64,000 nucleotides of DNA from Octopus vulgaris (taxonomy: Eukaryota): positions 47,120,001 to 47,184,000 of the forward strand of contig OX597837.1 of assembly GCA_951406725.2 (NCBI GenBank). The letters are read 5' to 3'. Within the stretch, counting starts at the first letter, position 1; every line of letters starts with the position of its first letter. This document shows positions 39,030 through 52,901 of the stretch, piece after piece. Below the pieces are notes generated by a model, which saw only the letters and a program-made list of their open reading frames with translations, searched no databases and had not been told where the DNA came from. Made by a program: the position numbers and the translations under genes.

Positions 39030-39695
39030 AAGGATGCTTTCAAAGGGCCAGTTAAATGTGACTGGCATTGGCCTTCACTACATTCTCACTTAGCTTGACA
39101 GGTCTTCTCATGCATGGCATATCGCCAATGGTCTCAGTCACTTGTCATTGCCTCTGTGAGGGCCCAACATTCAAAGATCGTGCTTTATCGGCTTGCCTCA
39201 TGTCTTCCATAGGTTCCCTCCAGCATTAGAGTGCAACACTTCTTCACACAGCTGTCTTCGTCCATATGCATCATATGACAATATCAGTGCAGTTGTCTCT
39301 CTTGCACACCACATCTGATGCTTCTTATGCTCAACTTTTTTCTCAGGACACTCTGTCGTGCATGCACACTGACATTACATATTAAGCAGAGCAGAGCAGC
39401 TTCATATCTTACAAACCTACACAGGCCCTCAGCAGTCACAGTCAATGTTTCACTGTCATGTAACATAGCTGTTCACTCACAGGAATCATACAGTCTACCT
39501 TTCACTCTGAGTAAGAGACCTTTTGTTACCAACAGAAGTAGGAGCTCTCTTAACATTCTAGTAGTTTCGCTCTCAGAGCATCCACCCCTGCTACTGACTT
39601 GGTCACCCAGGTAATAGAAGCTATTGACTACTTCTAGTTTTTTTCCCCTGGCATCTATTTTCTGTACATTTTTAGTGCTAATTGTAGCTGTGCAC
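39030..39695 (-). mobile_element. RTE LINE C-terminal remnant
   Basis: Homologous to 56110-56640 (MLHDSET..., KLSIRSIRCGVQERQLH). Confidence 0.75.
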
Positions 39696-41479
39696 CTGAA
39701 AATGCAATTTGCATCAATGAGCCAGAATCCAGAAGAATGGTAACAATTACATACATCTACACCTTTATGATGATCGGTGGATGTTCCATTCCTGCAATAC
39801 TGAGATGATTAATGGCAAGGAAGTGTGATGACATTCTCGAGAAACTCTGGGCATTGATGGAAATGAACTGGCCTGTCTCTTCTGGAGGTCAATAAAGTAA
39901 GTACCAGTTGAAAACTGGGGTCAAGGTAATCGACTAGCCCAACTCTTACAAAATTCCAAGCCTTGTTATTTCTTTATTGCCTACAAGGGGCTAAACATAG
40001 AGGGGACAGACGAATGGGTTAAGTCAATTACATTGACCCCAGTGCGTAACTGGTGCTTAATTTATCGACCCTGAAAGGATGAAAGGTAAAGTCGACCTCG
40101 GTGGAATTTGAACTCAGAACGCAATGGCAGACGAAATACCACTGAGCATTTCGCCTGGCTTGCTAACTCTCTGCCTTTTCTCTGCCAGCTCTCTGCCTTC
40201 AATCCTTGTGCCAATAGTAGAAAAGATTATTATTATTATTATTATTAAGGCAGTGAGCAGGCTGAACTGTTAGCATGTCAAGAAATGCTTAGTTGCATTT
40301 CTTCTGATTCTTTACATTCTGCTTTGCTATTCATTCGGGGGTTGATAAAATAATGTCAGTTGAACACTTCTAAAAGTGCCAACTTTGTGTCAAAATTTGA
40401 AACTAACATTATTATTATTATTGTTGTTATTATTATTATTATTATTATTATTGTTGTTGTTATTATTAGGGTAGCAAACTGGAAGACTTGATAGCACAGT
40501 GAATAGATATTACTGTGCAGTTTTTCTTCCAATTTTATGGTTGACTTCAAACTCTGCCAAGGCTGACTTTTGTCTTTTGTCCTTTTGAAGTCAATAAAAT
40601 AAGTGTCAGTGGAGTACTGGATCGATGCAGTTGACTAGCCCCACCCCTCCCCCAGAATTTTGGGCTTTGTGCCTACAGAAGAAAAGATTATTGTTATTAG
40701 TTATATTAGTAGTAGTAGTAGTAGGAAATGTAGTTTGCGTCCATGCATATATATACATAGGCACACACGCATATCAACATCTGAATACAAATGTTTATAA
40801 TCAGTTATGTACACATCCATGTATTTACCGATGTACAATTGTTAGCCTCAAATACAAGTTACAATACGTCGACACGCAAGCATTACTAAACTACAAAAGC
40901 GTGAAAATGTACAGTAAATTATTGTACAATGGTGAAATGTGTATAAAATATATATATATAACACAAACAAAAAAGTTAATAATGAAAAAATAATGTAAAA
41001 CAAAAATTTTAAAGATTAAAGGACCAAAGAAATCTTCAGCATTTGTGCATAATTAACGACTGACAGAAATACAGGAATATAAAAATGTAAACATGACAAG
41101 TTGCAAAGTAACAGAAATGTGAAAATCACAAAGTTGTGTGGCTCTGATACAGTGAAATTCAGAGATTGTAAAGTATTGATATATATAAATCATGGGCTAC
41201 AGAAACTGAAATAGAAATTCCAAGAAGTTGCAAGTATACAGACTTATAAACTTACAAATGAGAACTTCATTTCATGCAAAATGTGCAACAGATTAACAAA
41301 TTTCGAAAGTGTTAGTGGTACAAAGTGGTACAAACAGTGGAGCAAAAATAATAAGCATTCAGGCATGAAAATATTACAGTCTATGATTATTTATGTGTAT
41401 GGGGTTGGCTATTAACTTTTCAGGGGACAGTTGCACACAAAGCATTTGAAGAAAGGTTGTGTGATAAGATCGTAATGGC

Positions 41480-43115
41480 CTAAGTGTTGTGGGATTTTGA
41501 AACTGGGCATTAGGGGTCACTTGGTTTGCTGTTTGGTGCCAATTGCTGTTTTTAGGTCTTTTATTAGATATTTGTGTTTGTACATGCAGGAAGAGATTAG
41601 TTTATATTTTTCAGCTCTGAGTTGGAGCATTTTTGCCAATTTCTCTGCTCTGTACGAGATGTATGTTCCATTTTGCACAGCCTATAATTTCCCCAGTTGT
41701 TCCTTTTAATTCCCATAAATGTCTGGACAAACTGGAGCTGTCTACACTTTTACTCATACTTTTCAATGAATGGCTGTGTTGAACCTGGGTTTCAAGTATC
41801 ATGTCTGAGATCATTATCATTAGTGGCATCTGCATGGCACCTGTCTGGATTTTGAAGATAATAGAGTGTTAAGTAGACAGTTTATGAAGTTGGTACAATT
41901 ACAGGTTGAGAGCAGCTTTGTATTGTCACATAAATTCTTGGCATCTTTATAACAGTTGTTTGGTAACACAGTTGTAACTACGAAGTTTAATGTTATTTTT
42001 CTGAACAGTTTGAGTAGTTTTCGAGGAGGTATTTTCTACATCAGAGCCAAAAAATAGAAAGAAATGCCAAGACTTTGAATCATAGAATTTTGAATTTGCA
42101 TTACTAACAAGAATTTTGGTTCCCGTGTTTTGGATTTTATAAATAAATCTGCTGCTGTTAACATCAGAGCATCGTTATAATACTGAGACAATCTGCTGAA
42201 AGCTCCTTCATCTAAAGATCTGCTAGAAAAGTATTGATTTGCATTCGAATGAGGTTTTCGGTAGTTGTCAGCTATGATTCGAAGGTTAAGTTCTTTGGAA
42301 GTTCTCCTGAAGTGTCATCTAATTGGATACCATGCACTCATCATCATGACATAGATCAGGATACATGTTATTGAATTTTGCATGTAGCACATGTAATATA
42401 TGGAAGCCTGTAATTTCACAAATCTCAGCCAAGACATTAAACGATGTGGAGATGTCTTTTCTCTCCACTTTGTCAAAGGAAAGCAAAGATTATTGCAATG
42501 TTTTTGTTTCCTGATCTGTAACTGTGGGGTACTTTTGGGGACAGTTGGCTGCTTTCAAGTTCAGTGAATGAATAGAACTCAACTATGTCAGCTCAAGTAA
42601 ACTTTTTATATGTGTTTGTTGTGTATTTTGTTGAATGAGTTCATTACAGCTTTAGTGTTATTCCAAAGAGTAAGCGAGATGTCTTTTATGATTCCATCTG
42701 GAATGGTTTTACTTTGCTTCTTTCAGTTTTAGAGGCGTTCATTGATCTGAAAGGCATTGTGGAGAAAGTTTGGTTTGTAATCCATAAGCATTACAAAATG
42801 CATCTCATATAAACACTAAAGAACCACAACAGTTTCTATGCCTGATGTCATTGCTGGTTTCTTTTGGCTCATTGTTTATAGAGATCAACAAGGTTGATTT
42901 TTTGAATGTGTTCACAATGCTTGAGAGGAGCCTCTTGAACATAAATCCATGTTATATCAGTTATTAGTTTGTCAGGTGCTTTAGAAATGTCTTTGAGCTT
43001 TTGAATGACAGTTACTCTTGGGATGCATTAGCATAAGATTTAAAAGTTTCTCATCTTATGAGGTTGAAGAAATCCTGCTCAAATTGGATAGAATATGGAT
43101 GATTTGAAGCTGATC
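41480..43115 (-). mobile_element. degenerate Penelope-like element (RT, linker, GIY-YIG)
   Basis: SSSLSRHLWELK motif in ORF 41611-41835, CNC linker near 41895, YRKP-like RT motif near 42255; many stops. Confidence 0.6.
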
Positions 43116-45688
43116 TTTAATATATATATATATATTAACGGGAAACCACAATGTGGACACCTTTATGCTAGAAATAGATCCGCTATGGTCTTACCACTAA
43201 GAAATGTTCTCAAGAAAAATTTAGCAAAACAACCAAAACTTAATCAAGTAAGACAAAAGAAAAAGCAATAAAAATATGGATTATTCGCATAAATGTTTCA
43301 CAATTAACAAATTACGTAATTTTACTTAAATCAATGTTAATTAAATTAATATATAATTTCTCACCCTCATTTTAAATTTAAATATATATATATATATTAT
43401 ATATATATATATTATATATATATATATATAAAGATCAGTTCAAGCATATGACAGACTTTTGTATAATCTTTCTTTGCAAGATATTGGTCAATCTGAATGC
43501 AGAGTCGAAGACTAAGGAACCACCTCAAAATATAATTTTCTTTCAAACGTTTTGTTCTGATTATAATGTCTAATGAAAATGATTATACATTAAACATAGC
43601 TGTACCTGTTTCACATTCGTTTTTCTATGGTGCAGGGGTAGAAGTTATTTTTGTAAGTCTTATCTATCTGTATATATATTATTAGGAGAGCTGTCTTTCT
43701 TAGTGTCTAAGTAGTGTCAATGTGACCAAACTACTCGGACACAACAGTGCCTTGGTCTACTTTTGCCAGTGTCTTTTTACATGTTGGTAGGGGTCATCAG
43801 AAGGATGTTTGTTTGCTACTTTTTGCAGATCAAGCAACTGCATAGAAAATACCTTGGAACAATTGTTCCTAGAGTTGGAAGTCTTCTGCTTCACATATTT
43901 TTATTCAAACTGTGAGACTAAACAAATAAGGTAGATTGACGCTTGAAAGGAGAGTAATCAGAAAGATCTTCAGATAAGACCATTGCCAAAATAAGATCAG
44001 AACTCCTCTGAATATCACATCAAACTTTACAGACAGAAAATATCTTTTACTAGTAAAACTGCTGTAGTGATCAGTTGTGTTCTGTGTCCATATGACTTCA
44101 CCTCTCATCCTTCAGGCAGGAGTTGGTGGTGAGAGTGATGGATAAAGTACATGTAAATCAAAAACGTTTTATTAGAGTATCAGACAGGATGCCTTGCAGT
44201 ATTTATTTCAGGAGACTGCACTCTGAGTTCAAATCACACTGCAGTCAATTATGCTTTTCATTCTATTAGGGTTGAGAATGCATCACCTGTGGTGGTAGAT
44301 GAGTAGAAATGTGAGGTTGTTGGACAAGAGACTTTTACTGTGGTGGATGTGGATCTTTGCATTCTCAGTTTAAATTCCATCTAGAAATTAAAATACTACC
44401 AATGGTTATGTCATCACCCTTCATACACTGAGCAGTGTCAAGGTGGACCATGACAGATGGTGGCACCAGTATCTCTCTGAAATAAGACAGGCCTCCTTTG
44501 CATATCAACAATACAGTTGTGCCCTGGACAGAGGGACCTGAAGACCAAACAGTGTAGAAATGAGGATTGAACTTGTGACTTTCTCCACACTAAATAAACT
44601 TTCTATCAAGTGAATGGTCCTGAAAATCCTTGGAAACATCTTCAACAGGGAAACATTACTGCCAATGATTTCATACAACAAAATGATAAGTGTTGTGTTT
44701 ATGTTAGAAAGTATTATTGTTATTATTAATAGTAGTAGTAGTAGCAGCAGTAGTATCAAAGCAATAATAGAATTAGTAGTGTCAAGGCTTAATGCCTTAA
44801 AAGATATAGTTACATATCTTTTTGGTTTGAGTTGAATTTCCATCAGGGCGAAGAATAATTATAAAAGTAACCACAAAAAAAAAAAGTGTAAAGAGTGCTT
44901 TAACTGTTTAGTTTCAGCTGGTATTTAAGTAGATTTAAAGTAAGTTGCTATCGAAATTCAAACACTTGTGTCAAATTAAACTCAGAGAAATACAGACCAA
45001 CTGGCAGCCACAGAGCTGCAGAACTCTTATGGATGCCTGATTTTCTTTGCTGAAATGAAGCAAAGGTTTGGCCTAATAATATGAACATCAGCAAGCAACC
45101 TTCCAGCTGCAGATAACTCCAGGGTCCCAACAAACCCACAAGATATTCTCAAAGGTTCAAAGGAACATTTTCCCCTATTTGCTTATTGCTGAATCAGAAT
45201 TCAATAAAAGCAGAGGATTTCTTGAGAAATTTCCCAAATCATTCCAAACAGTTTGAAATTGCCATAAATAGAATGAAACCATGAAGAGTTTCAAGACCAG
45301 ATATACAGCCCTTTTGATTTACTGAAACATGGAGTTTCCACTCTGATTCTGAAAATATTAGAAGAGCACTGCAGAGCAGAATGAGACTTGCTAACTGTGA
45401 AGACAGCAATCTCCTTCAACTTCTGAATCATCCCTTGTTGGTTAAGAACCCCTCACATTAACTGAACTACAGAAACACGAAACTGATTCAGATCATCTCA
45501 CTGACCAATAATGAGTAAGGTGAGCAGGAGATAATTAAGCTGGTATTTGCACATAACTTAACAAAAAGACTCTTAGACAACATTATGATGTAAAAGTAAT
45601 TTCATAAAGATAAATCTGGTGAAGAATAGGTTCAGCAACAAAGGTGTAGGGTCAGTTGTGATGACAAAAACAACCCTCAGCTAATGAG

Positions 45689-45815
45689 TGTACGGAGAGT
45701 ACTAGAAGGAAAGTTCTGGATACTTTAACTAGTTAACTACCAGATCTGTACCAAATTTAGTAGGAGCACATACACACACATTCCTGCTTTTTGTCCAAGA
45801 GAAGAAGACTGAGAG
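45689..45815 (+). repeat. about 127-bp direct repeat, copy 1 (copy 2 at 48659-48786)
   Basis: TGTACGGA.AGTACTAGAAGGAAAG...GAGAAGAAGACTGAGAG is nearly identical at both loci. Confidence 0.9.
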
Positions 45816-48232
45816 TCTATTAAATGCATTAACAAGTCGGACCCAATGGACCGATGATGGTTGCCACCACTTGATACATGACCAGCTGATGGTAAATACA
45901 TTTAATCAGCAGATTCAAAGCTAACAATGGTCCCCCTTCTCTTTAAACCAGAAGTTTTCAACCGAGGACCAGATAAGATTTTGCTGTTAAAATTACAGAC
46001 CAACAAATTGGTTTACAACACAGAAAATATTTTTACAATTTTTTTAAATACAATTCCTAATAATATTTAATTATCATTTTTTAAACATTGAATGGCTATG
46101 GGGAGGGGGGGTCCATCTAAGTAAAATAGAAATCAGAGGGGTCCATAGATAAAATATGGTTTAAACTGGCCTTGTCCAGCCCAAATATTCTACCTGTTTT
46201 ACCCTGAAATGTCATTCTAAGAATATACAATCATATTATCAACATCCTGAAGCTACAAGATAATATACGATTATTCAAAACAATGAGAACAAATAAGCTT
46301 TATATTTAGACAAGATAATCTGAATGCTAAAGGGTTAATCTCTTTTATGTAGTTGGAGCGGAGTTAATCCTGAAAAACTTGCCGAATCAAAGAAACATAT
46401 TTTTATGCTGATTCATGATACTAACACAAATAAGCAGAGAGAGAGACTGAACCAGGCCAGGGATAAGTCTATCTACAATTCATAATTTTAATGTCTCTCC
46501 CCCCTTTTTTTTTTGTCAATTATTTTGATTTTCCTTGTTTTTTGGAAGAATGGAGAAATCACACAAAGAATGAAAGAAAAAAGGTGGAAAGATTTGATTC
46601 AGACAGAAAATAATAATCAAGTAATTGACATTCATTATCGTCTTTTATTGTCTTCACATAAGATTTCAATATTAACATTTATCAATTCATTATTTTTCTC
46701 GACTCCCCAACTGTTTTATGGTTTAATTCCGAGTGATATTATTGCTTAACATCATTGTGTCCTTACAAGTTGTACATTTTGTAAAATATGTACAAATGTG
46801 TCAGTTTATTGAACGTCTGTAAATGGAGAAAGATGGTAGAAGTGATAAAGAAGAGGATTCAGCTATACCAGTAAGAAGTCATCTTTCTAAAAGGAATGAC
46901 TCTTCAGGATTCCTTTGTTGGTGTTTTTGCTTAGTCCCAAGTCAGATCTAATCAAGCAGACCAATTATCACAGTCATTCCAGCCATGACCAACCTATTTT
47001 AAAGCATAGTGAATCCCAAGCTATATTAACAAGAGAGTCTTTTTTTTAAGACAGTAGGATGTGATTTGAGCAATTTTCGGCTGCTATTTCTAGCAGAACA
47101 AGGCAACAGTATACATTCTTGTAGTCCCTGGCAGACAAGCAGGTTCCTTTGGCAATTTAGCAGTTCTTAAAGAAAAATGAAAATTTGCTTCTTACTGTTA
47201 ACTCTGAGAAATTGAAATACAATTCCTCGTAGAAATGCTATTGTTTGACCCCTGCTCCATTCTAACTGACCAGATCTATAACCAAAGGTATTGCAACCAT
47301 GACCATCCAATACTTTTAGGGTTGGGGCATTGGCTCATGTGTCCTGTCCTGTTCATATATAACAAGTAAGGTGTAATTGGAGGGAAACTTAGGAGCTGTT
47401 TCTAGCAAATTAAGAGATTAGCTGTACTGGGAGAGAAGACAAAAAATGTCGTTCAGGGGTCAGTAAATGCCAAATGGTTTTTAGACAGGAGTTGGAAATT
47501 CAGTGTTTTATTTGGAGAGTAATGTCTGTTAGGATTGTCGTTAGAAATGGTAGGCTGTTTCTCCAAGACAAGCAGGTTCCTTTGGCAGTTTAGCAATTCT
47601 TTGAGAAAAATAAAAATTTGCTTCTTACTATTAACTGTAATAACTGCTAATAGGGGCCATAAACCAAAGGTTTCTGCATACTTTTATCCAACAATCCTGA
47701 CTGTTAAAAACATGCGTCAGTAATGATACACAGAAAACATGTAGGAATCGGCTTTCGATTAGAGATATTAAAAAAATAAAAATATATAAAAACCATGTAG
47801 CAATGTGGTTAAGAGGTTTGTTTTGCAGCCACATGGTTCTGGGTCTGATTGCATTATGTGGCACTTTGGGCAAATGTCTTTTAATACAGCTTCAGGCTGA
47901 TCAAATGCTCTGTGGGAGTGATCTCTCTCTCACCAAAAATGTCTGTGTCAGTGTTTATCAACGATTTCTTGATGTCTTTAGCGATTTGGCAAAAAGACAT
48001 TGATACAATAAGTAGCAGACTGAACCATGTACTAGGATCAACAAGAACGTTTGAAGGGCAGTGCTCCAGCTTGGTTGTCTCTAAAAAATTAGAATTATCA
48101 CAACTATTGCTTTTTGAAGATCAACTAAGAAAAGGGGACGAACAGAGCTTAACAGAACACAGAAGGCCAGATCAGGTCTTTGCGGAGAAGTGTGAAGATT
48201 ATGGAACTAGATGTAAAATGATGGAGGTGAGA

Positions 48233-48400
48233 GGGAGCTGCCACAAAGTCAGAGGCATAGGAAACTGTCTCCTAAGTTAGAGGCAACAAGGAACTGTCCA
48301 TTATATCAGGAGGGATAGGGAGCTGTCCACTATGTTCAAATGGTGATAGGTAACTGACCACTAAATCACAGGGACGACTAAAACTGACCCTCTAAATTAG
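48233..48400. repeat. degenerate minisatellite, about six units of 27-31 bp
   Basis: Recurrent GG.A.CTG.CCACTA..TCAG.GG.ATA pattern. Confidence 0.6.
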
Positions 48401-49863
48401 TAGCTTAAAAGTAATTGAGGCCAATGATAGCTCCAAAAGCTCTCTGACCATTTGGGTCAGTGTTTCTGAGACCGCTCTGCTGAAATGTTAGAGAAAATGA
48501 AATCGCATCGGGAAGACTTGAGAAAAGATGCTGAAGCAGTCAGCATTGATATGTAGAAATGGTAGCGTATCCCACAACAAGGAGATCCATATTGGAAAAG
48601 GAAGAGGAAAACTTTCTGTTTGCATCATGTAGACCTTAAAAACATTAATGACCAGGTCTGTACGGAAAGTACTAGAAGGAAAGATCTGGATAATTTAACT
48701 AGTAAACTACCAGATCTGTACCAAATTTAGTAGAAGCACACACACACACATTCCTGCTTTTTTGTCCAAGAGAAGAAGACTGAGAGAAGAGTTATCTCTG
48801 CCTAAGAATTAGTTGCATGACATGGAGGCAGCAGTTGTTTAACCCTAGGTCAGCCTTGATGAGCAGACCTGTAATTAAAAGCTTTTGCACTCAGGATAAC
48901 TATCTTATCTTTGTGTATCTAAGACTACACGACTCAATGTGGTCTTTCTTACTTTCTGAAATGCAGAGGGTGATTTGGCAACTATTTCTAGCAAGTTGCT
49001 CAACCACGCAAAAGCTCTATTATTTGGTAATAGAAAAAAAAAGTCCAAGTGGTGTCATTGAAGACATGTGAGTGGATGATGTACGCATAAGTTCCAACTG
49101 AACACTGGGGTTGGTGTAATCGACTTAACCCCTCCGCCAAAATTTGAAATCATTATTATTATTATTATTATTACTATTGCCTGTTGTTTTTACATATTTT
49201 GACCTGAAGTTTATAGTGGACGATGGGAATGTTTTTAACACATACAGAGGTGATCTGGGAAGTGTGACAGTTCTCTAATTGCCCCTAATTGGATGCCCTG
49301 CACTTAATCAGATGTTCTATGTCATTTCTCCATATACCTTTTTTCTCATATTTGCTTCTGCATTTTTGCAAATCTGTCCTTGTAATGTCCACTCTTACAG
49401 CACCCTTGAGGCAAAAATAAACAGGTCATCATCATCATCATCATCATTGTTATTAATTATATGACATTGTTGTAGATTTTAGGGGAGGCAGTTAGTCAAT
49501 ATCACCAACCCCACTAAGTTGACTGGTACTTTATTTTATTGATCCTGGAGAGATGAAAGGCAATGTTGATCCTGGTGAGTTTGAACTGTGGGACCTGAGT
49601 TCAAATCTCACCAGAGTCGACTTTATTTATCGTCTCTTTATATCACTAAAAAGAAAAAAAATCAGTCAAATACAAAGTTTAGTGGTACGATTACTCTCCC
49701 TACCCTCAAAATTAGTGGCTTTGTGTCTCAATCAGAAACCATTATTAATATTATTAATTAATGAAGATTGACATAATTCTTCATGAAGCTAAATACACAA
49801 TAAGAAGAGCAATTTTTGATTTATAATAAATAAAAATTGACTGTTTATTGCATTTCTTTTTAG

Positions 49864-50790
49864 GTGAAACGATGTCATCACTCTTCCCTTTTTCATAACT
49901 GGTATCAAGGGAGAACAGGATAGGAGAAAAGAGAACACATTTATCTTTACTGCCACTCATCATCCACATCGTAGAATTAAGTGAAATCCGAAGTCCCAGT
50001 TGTTGAAAATACAATTTACGGACATAGGGAATTATGGGAAACATGCAAATGCTTTTGTGTACCATTGTCTCAAATGCAATTTCAGTGAATCATGATTGAA
50101 GGAAATCCCAAATCACATAAACTAAGATTAGCCAAAAAATGGTCAAACTTTCTTGCCTAATTTTAGCAGTCAAAGACAACAAAACTTCTTTTGGGATTGA
50201 TTAACTGGCACTGAAATTTTGCTGGTATTTCAAAAGTGTTGCATGAAAGTTTCAGAAAAATGTCCTCATTTCAAACAAATATTTTCTTATTCACCTATTG
50301 TAGGCTTTAGATGTAATAAAAATATTAGAGAACTATTAACCAGTTCCTTAAATCCCATTAAAAACCCCAAAGGAGTTTCAGAACAGTCTACACCGAAAAA
50401 CAGCTGCAAGAGAGGTAAGCTATGTTCATTGTGTAACAACATGAATTCAGTCTATTCTGTTACAAATTATAACAGAAATTTTATGATTTACACAGAAAGG
50501 TGGGACCTGCAAGGACTGCCATTTGGTGCACACTGCAAAATGTGTAAAACACAACTTGATTTTAATGACTTGTAGGTATACAGTATTTTGTTATGCAACC
50601 ATGCGTTACAAACTTGATTTGTGTTGGTTGCACGATAGAAAAATTAAAGAAGAGATTCAATGAGCAAAGGTATGATGACAGGAAGAATAACGGTAGAATG
50701 GAACTTGCCAATCATTTTACATCAAAATGGCTGTAAATTGAGGAACATCTGAAAATACACATTTTCAAAAAAACATTTCACTCCATTGCA
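49864..50790 (+). mobile_element. degenerate Penelope-like element (linker and GIY-YIG)
   Basis: FIFTATHHP, IFSYSPIVGFRCNKNIRELL, CKRGKLCSLC, VGCT..LKKRFNE and LANHF motifs. Confidence 0.7.
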
Positions 50791-51402
50791 CTTTCAGTCC
50801 TCAAAACACATCATCATCGTTTAACGTCCGCTTTCCATGCTAGCATTGGTTGGACGATTTTGACTGAGGGCTGGTGAACCAGATGGTTGCACCAGGCTCC
50901 AATCTTGATCTGGCAGAATTTCTACAGCTGCATGCCCTTCCTAACGCCAACCACTTCGAGAGTGTAGTGGGTGCTTTTTACGTGCCACGGCACGGGGGCC
51001 AGTCAGGTGGTACTGGGAATAACCTCGCTCGAATCTTTTTACACATGCCACCGGCACAGGTGCCAGTAAGGTGACGTGAGGATAAATTTGTGATTCCCTA
51101 ACATCACATCCTGCAGGGACGAACAAAATGGGAGGCAAATTCCATCCCATTAACACAAAACTTTTTGACTAGTGTTCTCTTTCTTGCTTTCTATTTTCTT
51201 TTTTTCCTTGTTACTATTTATGAAAAGGTGAAAATTGATGCTGTTTTGTCTAAATATTCCAGTTCAAATTTTAAATTTCCATTTTCCAGTATATTTTTTT
51301 TGTTTCCAAGAAAGACAGACAAACCATTGAAATATTGTTCAATTCAATAAACAGACTAAATGTTCGTTTATTACAAATCACATTGCTTTCTTCTTATAGT
51401 AT

Positions 51403-51460
51403 GATTATTATCATCATTATTATTATTATTATCATCATTATTATTATTATTATCATCATT

Positions 51461-51495
<35 letters not shown>

Positions 51496-51496
51496 T
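51403..51496. repeat. (ATT/ATC)n microsatellite
   Basis: Read directly; gives the poly-Ile ORF. Confidence 0.95.
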
Positions 51497-52075
51497 TATA
51501 TTAATGTTGCTGTTGTAATAATATTTAGTATTATTATTTTTGTTTACAACTAAATTAGATTTATATCATAAAATAACCGAACAAAATGTTAATTAACATA
51601 ATTACTTTTGTAAACTAATGCCAAACTAAATGGAGAAAAACAAGTACATTTCACATGTGTGTGTGTATGTGTGTGTATATGTGTGTTTATATGTTTTTTA
51701 CATATGAATGCAGGTGTATGTATGAAGGTGTGATATAAATTAATTTAGAAACTAAAATTCAATACTTACAGTTCATGATTCTACACACACACACACGTAT
51801 GCATGCACGTACACACACACACACGCGTGCACGTACACACACACACTGAGATAAATGAACCCTTTGTGCTTTGAATTCTTTCACCTTAATTTCAAGGTAC
51901 GTTTCCAACGCTTGTTATGAAACCCTTCTTTCTTTCTTACTTGATTCATCATCATCATCATCATCTTTACTAGTTTTAAAAGTTTCAAACCATTTTTCAC
52001 ACATTCTAGGATTGATAGAATGTAATTTAAAAATAAAATTCATGACGTCATTTCAGTTTTTTTTCTATAAATCCA

Positions 52076-52113
<38 letters not shown>

Positions 52114-52901
52114 CACATACATTTGCAGCAAATTTTAGTTCAAATAATTTTTTGAATTCAAAAAAGTTTTTTTGTTTATATTATTATTACTATAATTTTT
52201 TTTGTTTTAAATACACCTGGCTGCTGCCTGCCGTTTCTTTGGACTGACACATTTCTCAACTCACCATGGAAGAGAAGTAAAGAAGGAGTGCAGAAAGAGT
52301 TTGTCAGTCCAGGAAACACAAAGAGGCAAACAGGTGCTACATCATGTCCCCTTTTACTCTCACCTACCTCCCCGATTGGGTAAATTAAAGAGGCAGGTGG
52401 TGGCCATACTGGAGCACAAGGGGTAGTGGGTAGATTTCAATTGAATCATCACCTCACAGCCATAAATGTTTGTTGTTATCCTTGCATTTTATTTTTTAAA
52501 AAAAACCCCCAAAAAAACCAGCAAAACAAGACAAAAGTCACACAAAAATCAAAAGAGAAACCAGTTAACTTCTAACGCTAATGCTACTTCCACATGTTAT
52601 TATTTTCGGTTTAATTTCAAAAATACTTTTCCTTCCAACTTTGGTTTTCTTTTTCTCTTATAATTCCAAAATATACCAATATCACCATCAGTGTTTCATG
52701 TCCATGTTTCCATACTTGCATGAGTCAGACCAAATCTTTTCGGTAGAATTTTTATGGCTGGATGTCATCCCTGTCACCGACCCTCACCTCTTTTTCACTG
52801 AAGAGAGGAAATAACATCACTTGTATGAAGGTGATGCTCATTTACAATTATCTACAAACATCATATACACACACACACACACGTAAGTAGCTGTCTATTC
52901 C

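Noticed and set aside
44940-45510. Possible hAT-type transposase remnant
   Set aside because: Too degraded to support by eye; would need a translated search against transposon proteins.
49864-50088. VPVVENTIYGHR and REH resemble the ciliary protein CFAP90, behind a good acceptor
   Set aside because: Three in-frame stops; the adjacent frame gives Penelope linker motifs continuous with the Penelope remnant downstream.
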